Positions 43,179 through 55,510 of a DNA stretch of 64,000 nucleotides are shown in pieces. The position numbers and the translations under genes are program-made. This DNA is from Octopus sinensis (taxonomy: Eukaryota). Within the stretch, counting starts at the first letter, position 1. Every line of letters starts with the position of its first letter. Under the pieces are notes generated by a model. The model made no database searches. It had not been told where the DNA came from and worked only from the letters and a program-made list of their open reading frames with translations. Location: NCBI RefSeq assembly GCF_006345805.1, contig NW_021836163.1, positions 1 to 64,000 on the forward strand, written 5' to 3'.

Positions 43179-44005
43179 CTTGTTGATATAATTAGCGTGT
43201 CCTGGGGCTCCTGCCAACGAGTTTGGACAAGGAATCGAGTATTAAAAAGAGTTGCAGCAACATTTGTGCCTTGCTTGCTCACGAAAGATGAAAAGCAGTC
43301 ACGACTGAATGCGTGACATGAACTGAAAGAACGGATGGAAGTTGATCTGGATCATTTTTCGAAGGTCACCACTGCTGATGAAAGCTGGTGCTACGGCTCT
43401 GACCCTGGAACGAAGCAGCATTCAACTCAACACGCACCCCCGCCATAAAGTGCGTCAAGTGAAGTCCAATGCCAAGGCGATGCTGATTTGTCTCATCGGA
43501 GCGAAAGGAATTGTCCGCACAGAATTTGTTCCTTCTGGTCAAACTGTTAACCAGACAGTTTACTCGGAAGTTCTGAAGCGTTTGTGAGATGCGGTGAAAC
43601 GAGAAAGTGGAGAGTTGTGGTTTCATCATGACAATGTGCTCGTGCCTACCACTTTGAGCGGGAGACAGTTTTGACCCATAACGGCGTGAACCCCGCCTAC
43701 CCACTTTCCCATTTTACCTAATCTTGCTCTCTGCGGCATTTAGTTTTGTTCCCCCAAATGAAAAAAAAAAATTCCTTAAAAGAAAACGTTTTGCAGATGT
43801 GAAAGAGGTGAAGAAAAAACGATGGAGGCGTTAAAAGGCATCACTTCGCAAGAGTTCCAGGACTGCTTCGAACATTGGAAAACGCGCCTGGACCGATTCA
43901 TTACTTCAAATGGAGAATACTTTGAAGGCGATAGAAGTGTAGACATGTAAAACTAAATAAATAAAAGGATATTGCAAAATTCCGGTTTCTTTTGTGTACC
44001 CCTCG
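43179..44005 (+). mobile_element. Mariner (irritans-like) relic, 3' part with TIR
   Basis: FVPCLL, TADESWCYGSDP, EFVPSGQTVNQTVYSEVLKRL, HHDNV, GEYFEGD; TIR ...TTCCGGTTTCTTTTGTGTACCCCTCG|TA. Confidence 0.9.
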
Positions 44006-44012
44006 TATATAT

Positions 44013-44068
<56 letters not shown>

Positions 44069-44219
44069 GGTTTAAGCAATTGAGATTCAAGTGAGTTCTA
44101 TTGAATTCACATGAATATGGTACTTAACTTGGATGCACCGGAAATCTATATGGTGTTAACCATACGACAAAGTGGGGTGATTACAAATAGGAAAAAAGCA
44201 ACAAGAATGGATCAATATA

Positions 44220-44304
44220 TCGGTATAATTGTTTCGTACGAGGACATCTTTAATAAAGCTACAAAAATTGCAGTAAATATAGGTGGCTCGTACTCATCAG
44301 CCGA
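44220..44304 (-). ncRNA. Hammerhead ribozyme motif, minus strand
   Basis: TCGG-CTGATGA-GTACGAG..(~45 nt)..CTCGTAC-GAAAC-AATT-ATA-CCGA; perfect 7-bp stem II; the G expected in stem III reads A. Confidence 0.7.
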
Positions 44305-44910
44305 AAAAACATCCGAGATTCCCAAACAATATATATATATATATATATACTCGTTACACTGCTTATTTCGTTTTTTTCCCCACCCCTCCTTCGTTCCTTT
44401 TTTCTCTCTCTCCCTTTCTTTCGTTCCCCCTCCTTGCCCAGTATATGAGAATTGCTACATAGATGAATTTTAGCTTGCGTGCGAGACGGTTTGCGTGAAT
44501 ATATGTACACATGCTTTTATGTGTATATTTAAATTTATATTCATACGTCTGTATATGTATGTATGGCGTTTACGCGCATCCTTTTGTGTATGTTGATATA
44601 TATATGTAGATTTTAATATAAATATGTATTGCAGTATTTATAACAGGTTTAATTTCTATGCATTAATTTGCACTGTCTTCATTAACGTCAATGGTTTTTT
44701 CCTCGGATTTTATAATTTTTATAAGTTTTTTATATATAATTTTTATAAGTTTTTATATATATATACATATATCTTTGGCCTTTTTGTTTATCGCTCGAAG
44801 ATTGACCGTTTTTTCTAAAGGGCCAATCAAACAAGTCCATTTCTTTTTAAAGGTGTAGCGTTTGTAAGAGTATAGATTGAATTAATATATAAGTTCCATT
44901 CTAGCAAAAA

Positions 44911-44948
44911 CTGTCTGATGAACGGCAACGAGAAACTCAGAGTAACAG
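44911..44948 (+). ncRNA. Minimal hammerhead ribozyme motif
   Basis: CTGT-CTGATGA-aCGgcaaCGa-GAAAC-TCAGA-GTA-ACAG. Confidence 0.65.
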
Positions 44949-45052
44949 ATTTTGTTGAATTTTCTGCTGCTTAAAATAAAGCATATTACTCTACCACTGG
45001 TATTTGAGTACTCTTTTTTCCACCTTGTTTCACATTTATGTGTTTACTCCGG

Positions 45053-45107
<55 letters not shown>

Positions 45108-45639
45108 AAGATAGGAAAATGGCTTATTTATTCTCCATTAGACTTGTTTCATTTTCTAATATTATAAAATTTTCTGTTTGACGATTTCTCTGATAGGAAA
45201 TTCCTTATGTGTCTATCTAACAAGTAAATCTCTGTGATTCCTATTAGAAAATGAAACACGTGTAATGGAGAATAAATAATGCCCAAAAGTTTCCACTGTC
45301 CCATTTTATTTATTCAATAACTTAGCAAATAATATTTCCATAATTCTCAAATTTAAAGTATATTTTCATTTCATTTACATACAGAAATAATGGATACATA
45401 TTGGATTTTAATAATGGAATACACAGATGTGCTTCAACAGGTAACAGCTGGGATTTATCCTAAACACTATATATATATATATAGGTAAGAGATAAGTGTT
45501 CTCTATATAGAAATCACTTCGAAATGCTCAAGAGACTTGAACTTGAGCCGGTAGATGAGTAAATGTAATGACAAACAAGTTAGGCTAGTCGATTTACACA
45601 AAATATTAAATACATTTAATGGAAAAAATATACATGTGT

Positions 45640-46200
45640 AAGTTGGGTTCGTGGTCCTTCAGGGTGGAATAGGGGTTTTTAGGTGTATATGGTTCAATTC
45701 TATTTAGTACATTTAGATCAGCAATGAGCTTACAATAGCTGTTATTAATCTCCTTAAGAACATTTCCATGTGCATGCTCATAATTTGTGTTTAGTTCCTT
45801 TGATATGAGATTAGTAAATGTTTCCAAGGGAACAGAGTAAAGATTGCCAGTTTTGTCAGAGAAGACATGCAGGTGTGGCGAAGTTCTTATTTTAAATGTA
45901 ACACTGGATAGTTCTTTCTGGAAGGAATTAGTATAATTAGAGAATTTCATGTTTTTTAACATACGTAGAAGATCTTTCTCAAAATTAGCCAATGCAAGGT
46001 TTGCGGGTGGGTTTTTTTGGGACTTCAGGTGTTAAGTGTCCTTTTTATTAGAATGTTCGAGGTGATTAGATTCCAGGTCACAATGGTGATTAGATTCCAG
46101 GTCTGAGTGATGAAATCATTAGTCTTCTGTAGTAGGAGTTCCATGTATATATCCCTTGGTGGGATCGGGATATTTTTTATAGACATGCCCAAGAATGACT
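45640..46200 (-). pseudogene. Penelope-like element ORF N-terminal fragment (Naiad/Chlamys-like)
   Basis: LANFEKDLLRMLKNMKF..NSFQKEL..I..VFSDKTGNLY (DKT motif)...YSTLKDHEPN. Confidence 0.7.
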
Positions 46201-46238
46201 TATCTATGAGTATTATCTATAGGTAGCGCTCGACCGAG

Positions 46239-46277
<39 letters not shown>

Positions 46278-46278
<1 letters not shown>

Positions 46279-47067
46279 TAGCTTAAGGGGAACGCTCTAC
46301 GCGCGGGTGAGGGTGTGGTTGTTACTTTCTGTTGCTTCCTTTCTGTTTCCTATCACCGCATTCTCCCTCTTAGTTTCTCTCTCCTTTGTCTCGGACTCTC
46401 CCTTTTACTCTCTATCTTTCTCTATCTATCTCTCTCCCATTTATAAAAAAACAAAAGACCTTGAGTAAGTTGAGAAAGAAAATATTTTGAAAGATCAATC
46501 ATAAATATCAGGCAGTGACAACGGAAAGCACACTTGTCTTTTGTACGTGCCATTATTTGAGAGATTAAAAATAAGGAAAAAAAGGATTTCTTTGTTAAAT
46601 TTAGTAGTTATTTTGGGAATTTTTCGACGATTGACCTTGCAAATGAAAGTTCTAAACACGGGCTACATGTAGCTGTAAATTTCTTTCAGAAAAATAAACT
46701 GTAAACAATAAAAAATAAAAGGCAAAAATACGTAAAAATGAGAAATTTTTTCAACTTCAAAAATCTTGCCTTAATTTTCAAAATTTCGAACCCATTATTC
46801 GCGCTTAAATTACAATTCCGCTTCCACTTTACCATGTTGAAAATTCGATTCAAATCGGACAAAAGGTGTCCAATCTAGACCCCCAAGTGTCCCCAGAAAA
46901 CAATAAAATCCCTGTTTTCACAGCAAAGCAGCCACCTTAGCGCCCCAAAACGTCTCCCAATCAATTTCTCACCTCACGTTACCCCTTCTATGCTTGTGTC
47001 AATTTTCAGCTCGACCCGACCACTGGTCTGGCCACCAACCTCTGACGTAGCAAAATGTGCACACAAT

Positions 47068-47075
<8 letters not shown>
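46278..47075 (-). mobile_element. Helitron/Helentron-like non-autonomous element
   Basis: Minus-strand end CCCGCGCGTAGAGCG...GCTAG^T; the other end runs into (TA)n; boundary approximate. Confidence 0.45.
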
Positions 47076-47129
<54 letters not shown>

Positions 47130-47289
47130 AATGTTTATCGCCACCTGAACATGGGTGTTCTCTAAGAACAGACGATACTCCTATTTTAACCTGAGGAGGA
47201 CACCTCTTCCAGCTGGTCACTCAGTACACTCCGCACTCGACATATATTGCAAGCGGAGAGAGAACTCCTTACAGTTCCAGCTATCGAGA

Positions 47290-47338
47290 CCACCAGACCG
47301 CACAGTTTCAACCTTATTATGGTCATCTTCGGTGATGG
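47290..47338 (-). ncRNA. Hammerhead ribozyme motif, CCGAAGA variant
   Basis: Minus: CCATCA-CCGAAGA-tGACCataataaGGTT-GAAAC-tgtgcg-GTC-TGGTGG; inverted partial copy at 47450-47494. Confidence 0.65.
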
Positions 47339-47579
47339 ATACTCATCTGCTAAACGCAGCAGGTCACCCCAGCTTGAAATATATAGAAAATAACTGGCAC
47401 AGATTCACCGATCTTGGAACAAGCAAACCAGCTCTTTAAGAAAATATTTCACTGAGGTCGAAACCGCGCGGTCTGGTGGTCTCGATAGCTGGAAATAGTA
47501 GAGACTCATCTCCTCGCTTGCAATATAATATATCGAGTGCGGAACTTCTTATCCTCAGCTCTTGCTGTCCACTTCACAA

Positions 47580-47665
47580 AAGACAGTATCTGATATATGA
47601 GTAAAAAGATAAGCAATTGGAAAGCAGCAGGACCTGATGGTGAACAGGGATTTTCAATAAAAATA
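47580..47665 (+). pseudogene. R4/Dong RT N-terminal fragment
   Basis: MSKKISNWKAAGPDGEQGFSIK matches the NWKAPGPDG motif. Confidence 0.65.
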
Positions 47666-47757
47666 CCCAGTAGGTGCCATAAATTGATCGTAGGATGAAA
47701 GGGAAAGTCGGCCCCGGCGGAATTTGAACTAACGTACGAAATACTCACTGCCTAATG

Positions 47758-47836
<79 letters not shown>

Positions 47837-47837
<1 letters not shown>

Positions 47838-49320
47838 GTATTCAGCATGCAAGCATGAAAGAGAAAATCAGGAAGGAATGTTATAGGAGAGTTCGTGCAG
47901 TCCTGAAATCTGAACTAAATGCACGTAACAAGGTGTTAGCTATAAATTCCTTAGCAGTTCCAGTTGTTACTTATAGCTACAATGTGTTGAACTGGAATAT
48001 GAGTGAAGTAAAGAATATAGATAGAAAAATACGCAAGCTGCTGAGTTGTAATAGGATGCACCACCCAAAGGCAGACGTAGATCGCCTTTACCTTCCCAGA
48101 GCCCAAGGAGGTCGAGGCCTGATCCAATTTGAACTAGCTTACAAAACAACCACAATTGGACTGACCAAATATCTCGAAATATCGAATGACTGGATGCTAA
48201 AGCTCGTGGAAAATCACGAGAGACGTAAGAAGCTTCATTCTATCATAAAGGAAAGCAAAAAATTTGCTATTGATCTCGTGCAGGATACCCAAACAGAACA
48301 ACCCGAGGGAAGTACGGCAACTATTGTTGCAAAGAAGGTGAAAATGATGGCAATGAAAAAAGCGCACGAGCAATTGGCTGATAGGTGGGAGGAGAAACCT
48401 CTGCACGGCAAATATGTGACCCGCAGCAAACAAGCTGATGTTGACCAGAAGCAAACCCATCAGTGGCTGCGGAGCTCAGAGCTAAAAGCAGAGAGCGAAG
48501 GTTTCATCCTGGCTGCTCAAGATCAAAGCCTATTAACCCGGAACTACCAGGCCAATGTGATGAAAAATGGAGCAGACCCAAAATGCCGATTCTGCAACGA
48601 CATGATTGAAACAGTGGACCACCTAATCTCTGGATGTAAAGTCTTAGCTCCAGTGGAGTATAAATTAAGACATGACAGAGTTGGCCAATATCTCCACTGG
48701 CTAATAAGTCGGCATTACAATATCAAAACTGCCGACAAGTGGTATAATCACCACCCTGAGGCTGTAACTGAAGGAGAAAATGTAACCATTCTGTGGGACT
48801 TTCCAATACATACAGACCGAACCATCAAGGCCAATAAACCAGATATTGTTGTGAAAGACCAAAACAATAAAGTTTGCTTATTGATCGACATGAGCATCCC
48901 CTGTGATCATAATATCTCAGCGAAAGAGTTTGACAAGCTCAGAAAATATAAAGACCTACTCATTGAAATTGAGAAAATGTGGCATCTCAAGGCGGTTACA
49001 ATACCAGTGATCGTAGGAGCACTAGGAATGATCAAGAAGGGAACCGAAAATTAAATGAGAATGATCCCTGGCTTACCATCCCTGCAAGAAGTGCAAAAGA
49101 TTGTCTTAACTGGTACATCACACGTATTGAGAAGAGCATTGTCGATGTGAGAACTGTTGCTGCTCATGTATTTTAATTTAACTTAAAAAAAAAAAAAAAT
49201 GAACGAACTATTGAGTTTGGTTTAATGGCCTACCAATGTATACTATGAGTTTCTTTGCCCTAGGAGTCGGGAAGATACTCGGCAAGAAATGGAAGCAAAT
49301 TTGAAAGAAGAAAAAAAAAG
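47837..49320 (+). mobile_element. R4/Dong-like retrotransposon, family C copy 1, 5'-truncated
   Basis: 399-aa open frame: MHHPKADVDRLYLPRAQGGRGL, CRFC..HLISGC, RHD, KPDIVV..D, KLRKYKDL; TAT>TAA stop versus copy 2; (AAT)n flanks. Confidence 0.95.
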
Positions 49321-49368
49321 TAATAATAATAATAATAATAATATAATAATAATAATAATAATAATAAC

Positions 49369-49401
<33 letters not shown>

Positions 49402-49443
49402 TATAATAATACATATAATAATAATGATAATGAAATAATAATA

Positions 49444-49496
<53 letters not shown>

Positions 49497-49522
49497 TGAT
49501 AATAATAATAATAATAATAATA

Positions 49523-49554
<32 letters not shown>

Positions 49555-49561
49555 TAATAAA

Positions 49562-50111
49562 TGATGCAGTACCAAGCAGTGGCTCTCATGGCTTCTGATC
49601 TTAACTGATTGGAAGTGTTATCATGTATATTGTTTTGTCTTGGTATAAAAGATGGGCTACAGCAAATATTCTGCTCAATACCACAGATTTGCTTGTCAGT
49701 TGTTTGACCTTAACCAGTTGAGCATGTCCCTTAGTGGCTGACGATATGTGCATTTTTGATCACGAGCAGAAGTAGTGGGGAAGCATCATAACCATGTGTT
49801 GAGAAGGATTCTTTGGGGTTTGAATAATTCACCTATGGAAACATGGGTGTTTCGTTCAACGTCCTTAAACAACCCTTATTCAGGGACCTTTTGAGTGGGA
49901 TGGGTTACTCGATCTGAAGAAAATTCTAACTGGGCCCCACCTGCAAGGTCATGTGCTATTTATCTTGATATGAGATCACCATGTCGCGCACATATGGTTG
50001 TGATGCATGTGCCTGGTGTACCCTTATCAGACGGGTAGTCATGATGGGTATACTGGGCTTCGTATATTTTACCCCAGTGTCACTTTGATGGCATGCTCTG
50101 CTCGCTCACTC
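49562..50111 (+). mobile_element. 552-bp element, copy 4
   Basis: Reverse complement of 35431-35982; (AAT)n flanks. Confidence 0.9.
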
Positions 50112-50141
50112 AATAATAATAATAATAATAATAGTGATAAC

Positions 50142-50238
<97 letters not shown>

Positions 50239-50792
50239 GCCCTGATGCAGTACCAGGCAGTGGCTCTCATGGCTTCTGATCTTAACTGATTGCAAGTGTT
50301 ATCATGTACATTGTTTTGTCTTGGTATAAAAGATGGGCTACAACAAATATTCTGCTCAATACCACAGATTTGCTTGTCAGTTGTTTGACCTTAACCAGTT
50401 GAGCATGTCCCTTAGCGGCTGACAATATGTGCATCTCTGATCACGAGCAGAAGTAGTGGGGAAGCATCATAGCCATGTGTTGAGAGGAATTCTTTGGGGT
50501 TTGAATAATTCACCTCTGGAAACATGGGTGTTTCGTTCAACATCCTTAAACAACCCTTATTCAGGGACCTTTTGAGTGGGATGGGCTACTCGACCTGAAG
50601 AAAATTCTAACTGGGCCCCACCTGCAAGGTCATGCGCTGTCTATCTTGATATAAGATCACCATGTCTCGCACATATGGTTGTGATGCATGTGCCTGGTGT
50701 ACCATTATCAAACGGGTAGTCATGATGGGTATACTGGGCTTCGTATATTTTACCCCAGTGTCACTTTGATGGCATGCACTGCTCTCTCACTC
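50239..50792 (+). mobile_element. 552-bp element, copy 5
   Basis: GCCCTGATGCAGTACC ... CTCTCTCACTC; (AAT)n flanks. Confidence 0.9.
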
Positions 50793-50849
<57 letters not shown>

Positions 50850-50869
50850 TAATAATGATAATAATAAAT

Positions 50870-51423
50870 GCCCTGATGCAGTGCCAGGCAGTGGCTCTCA
50901 TAGCTTCTGATCTTAACTGATTGCAAGTGTTATCATGTACATTGTTTTGTCTTGGTATAAAAGATGAACTACAGCAAATATTCTGCTCAATACCACAGAT
51001 TTGCTTGTCAGTTGTTTGACCTTAACCAGTTGAGCATGTCCCTTAGTGGCTGACGATATGTGCATCTCTGATCACGAGCAGAAGTAGTGGGAGAGCATCA
51101 TAGCCATGTGTTGAGAGGAATTCTTTGGGGTTTGAATAATTCACCTCTGGAAACATGGGTGTTTCTTTCAACATCCTTAAACAACCCTTATTCAGGGACC
51201 TTTTGAGCGGGATGGGCTACTCAACCTGAAGAAAATTCTAACCGGGCCCCACCTGCAAGGTCATGTGCTGTTTATCTTGATATGAGATCACCATGTCGCG
51301 CACATATGGTTGTGATGCATGTGTCTGGTGTACCTTTATCAGACGGGTAGTCATGATGGGTATATTGGGCTTCGTATATTTTACCCCAGTGTCACTTTGA
51401 TGGCATACACTGCTCTCTCACTC
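50870..51423 (+). mobile_element. 552-bp element, copy 6
   Basis: Same termini; (AAT)n flanks. Confidence 0.9.
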
Positions 51424-51444
51424 AATAATAATAATAATGATAAT

Positions 51445-51933
51445 AAGGTCACAGAAAAAGAGAAAGCAACCATACTCTGGGATATGCCGATACACACAGA
51501 TAGAGAAATCAAGGCCAACATACCAGATATAGTTGTCAAAGATCATGAAGAAAAAAATGCTTTCTAATTCATGTATCAATACCGGCAGATGACAACGTGT
51601 CTCTAAAAGAAATGGAGAAACTCTCAAAATACAAAGACCTGGAAATAGAGGTAACCAGAATGTGGAATCTAAAAACAGAAACAATTCCTATCATAGTAAT
51701 TGCATTAGGCATGATAAAAAAATATTCAGACAAATACATAACAAAAACACCAGGACTCACAAACACATATAACATACAGAAAATTGCACTACTAGGCACT
51801 GCACACATCCTACGCTGAACACTTTCCATACAATAACCATCAGAGCATCACAACAAATCACAACACGTACCCAAGGCACACAGAGCTGCGCTCGGTAGTG
51901 AAGTGAAAGCACGCTATAAAAATAAAACTACTG
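51445..51933 (+). mobile_element. R4/Dong family A copy 2, heavily 5'-truncated
   Basis: Near-identical to 6360-6850 including the 3' UTR ending AAACTACTG(AAT)n. Confidence 0.92.
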
Positions 51934-51943
51934 AATAATAATA

Positions 51944-52010
<67 letters not shown>

Positions 52011-52093
52011 AATAATAATAATAATGATGATAATAATAATAATAATGATAATAATAATAATAATAATAAACTTAATAATAATAATGATAATAA

Positions 52094-52359
52094 GTTGTTT
52101 GACCTTAACCAGTTGAGCATGTCCCTTAGTGGCTGACGATATGTGCATCTCTGATCACGAGCAGAAGTAGTGGGGGAGCATCATAGCCATGTGTTGAGAG
52201 GAATTATTTGGGGTTTGAATAATTCACCTCTGGAAACATGGGTGGTTCTTTCAACATCCTTAAACAATCCTTATTCAGGGACCTTTTGAGCGGGATGGGC
52301 TACTCAACCTGAAGAAAATTCTAACTGGGCCCCACCTGCAAGGTCATGTGCTGTTTATC
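52094..52359 (+). mobile_element. 552-bp element, internal partial copy 7
   Basis: Matches the middle of the element; AAT-type repeats on both sides. Confidence 0.85.
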
Positions 52360-52365
52360 ATTATG

Positions 52366-52432
<67 letters not shown>

Positions 52433-52436
<4 letters not shown>

Positions 52437-53710
52437 TACGCAAGCTGCTGAGTTGTAATAGGATGCACCACCCAAAGGCAGACGTAGATCGCCTTTACCT
52501 TCCCAGAGCCCAAGGATGTCGAGGCCTGATCCAATTTGAACTAGCTTACAAAACAACCACAATTGGACTGGCCAAATATCTCGAAATATCGAATGACTGG
52601 ATGCTAAAGCTCGTGGAAAATCACGAGAGACGAAAGAAGCTTCATTCTATCATAAAGGAAAGGAAAAAAATTGCTATTGATCTCGTGCAGGATATCCAAA
52701 CAGAACAACCCGAGGGAAGTACGGCAATTATTGTTGCAAAGAAGGTGAAAATAATGGCAACGAAAAAATGGCTGATAGGTGGGAGGAGAAACCTCTGCAC
52801 GGCAAATATGTGACCCGCAGCAAACAAGCTGATGTTGGCCAGAAGCAAACCCATCAGTGGCTACGGAGCTCAGAGCTAAAAGCAGAGAGCGAAGGTTTCA
52901 TCCTGGCTGCTCAAGATCAAAGCCTATTAACCCGGAACTACCAGACCAATGTGATGAAAAATGGAGCAGACCCAAAATGCCGATTCTGCAACATGATTGA
53001 AACAGTGGACCACCTAATCTCTGGATGTAAAGTCTTAGCTCCAGTGGAGTATAAATTAAGACATGACAGAGTTGGCCAATATCTCCACTGGCTAATAAGT
53101 CGGCATTACAATATCAAAACTGCCGACAAGTGGTATAATCACCACCCTGAGGCTGTAACTGAAGGAGAAAATGTAACCATTCTGTGGGACTTTCCAATAC
53201 ATACAGACCGAACCATCAAGGCCAATAAACCAGATATTGTTGTGAAAGACCAAAACAATAAAGTTTGCTTATTGATCGACATGAGCATCCCCTGTGATCA
53301 TAATATCTCAGCGAAAGAGTTTGACAAGCTCAGAAAATATAAAGACCTACTCATTGAAATTGAGAAAATGTGGCATCTCAAGGCGATTACAATACCAGTG
53401 ATCGTAGGAGCACTAGGAATGATCAAGAAGGGAACCGAAAATTATATGAGAATGATCCCTGGCTTACCATCCCTGCAAGAAGTGCAAAAGATTGTCTTAA
53501 CTGGTACATCACACGTATTGAGAAGAGCATTGTCGATGTGAGAACTGTTGCTGCTCATGTATTTTAATTTAACTTAAAAAAAAAAAAAAAATGAACGAAC
53601 TATTGAGTTTGGTTTAATGGCCTACCAATGTATACTATGAGTTTCTTTGCCCTAGGAGTCGGGAAGACACTCGGCAAGAAATGGAAGCAAATTTGAAAGA
53701 AGAAAAAAAA
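52433..53710 (+). mobile_element. R4/Dong family C copy 2, 5'-truncated
   Basis: Near-identical to 48025-49320 with small deletions; intact C-terminus VLRRALSM. Confidence 0.95.
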
Positions 53711-53780
53711 AATAATAATGATAATAATAATAATAATAATGATGATAATAATAATAATAACAATAATAATAATGATGATG

Positions 53781-53823
<43 letters not shown>

Positions 53824-53828
53824 TAATA

Positions 53829-54268
53829 TGCTCAATACCACAGATTTGCTTGTCAGTTGTTTGACCTTAACCAGTTGAGCATGTCCCTTAGTGGCTGACG
53901 ATATGTGCATCTCTGATCACGAGCAGAAGTAGTGGGGGAGCATCATAGCCATGTGTTGAGAGGGATTCTTTGGGGTTTGAATAATTCACCTCTGGAGACA
54001 TGGGTGGTTTTTTCAACATCCTTAAACAACCCTTATTCAGGGACCGTTTGAGCGGGATGGGCTACTCAACCTGAAGAAAATTCTAACCGGGCCCCACCTG
54101 CAAGGTCATGTGCAGTTTATCTTGATATGAGATCGCCATGTCGCGCACATATGTTTGTGATGCATGTGTCTGGTGTACCTTTATCAGACAGGTAGTCATG
54201 ATAGGTATACTGGGCTTCGTATATTTTACCCCAGTGTCACTTTGATGGCATGAACTGCTCTCTCACTC
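53829..54268 (+). mobile_element. 552-bp element, copy 8, lacking the first ~115 bp
   Basis: Intact CTCTCTCACTC end; (AAT)n flanks. Confidence 0.88.
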
Positions 54269-54322
54269 AAGAATAATAATAATAATATAATAATAATAAT
54301 AACAACAATAATAATAATAATA

Positions 54323-54360
<38 letters not shown>

Positions 54361-54426
54361 TAATAATAATAATAATAAATAATAATAATATAATAATAAT
54401 AATGATATTAATGATAATAATAATAA

Positions 54427-54459
<33 letters not shown>

Positions 54460-55438
54460 TAATAATAATAATAATAATGATATTATGATAATAATAATAA
54501 TAATAGAGAAAAATAAATATATTTTCAATTGTTTTGATATCTGTGGACAGTAAAAGTCGATGGAAATGGAAACGGAAAGTTGTGGTGTTCATGGGTTTCT
54601 CAAGGATATCAGTGTCATAAATGAAGTTGTATGATACTGGAATCGAAACCAGAACGTCGTATAAGAACTTTCAATGATACTTGAGTGTCCTTTGGAAGCT
54701 AATGTAGGGCAATCAATGAACCACAAAAGAAGAACAAAAAGTAACGGAAATCCGGTTTGAAACGCCATTAAATTGCAAACTTGACCGTCAACTTAATGTC
54801 GGCTCTGCTTAACACACACACACACACACACACAGCCTATTGTTTTCAATAACTGTGTCATCGATTATATTCTATAAATATTTATACTGTTATAAATAGA
54901 TGATGGGAGATGGTATGGTCGGGGTAGGCTATTGTTCTAATCATTGATGTTGCTATTGCTTAACCCTAGGTCCAGTAATACGGACCAAGCCTACGATGAA
55001 ACCCACTCCGCCAACTTGTCTTTCTTTAAGGAAATCTAGGTCTGCATAATCTACTGTTTTACCTCTTCATCTAACATGAAGTGCATGCTATGAAGAAGGC
55101 TTGGCTATTATTTCTAGTAACTTGAGATACCACATTGAGAATTCCGTATTGCTTTGTAGATGGTTCAGTCCTTGAGTGCCGTGAGATCATCTGTTATATA
55201 AACTTACTCCTGATCCAGTAGATGGATCAGTAAATGCATTCCATCCGTGACCATCCGTCGTTGTAGGGATATCTAGGACTGCATCGTGAAAGAGCAGAAT
55301 TATAATACATTCCGATCCAGCTTTGAGCATCCCATCATTTTGTCGCAAAATCTATCTTGGACAATATTACGTAATGTGTCCTTTTCTAAAAAGACGTAAA
55401 AGCGTTTTAATGAGAAATTGTGTATGTATATGTATATG

Positions 55439-55499
<61 letters not shown>

Positions 55500-55510
<11 letters not shown>

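Noticed and set aside
49562-54268. Repeat-spacer alternation resembling a CRISPR array or integron cassettes
   Set aside because: Eukaryotic context, the repeats are variable-length microsatellites, the units are transposon copies, and there are no cas or integrase genes
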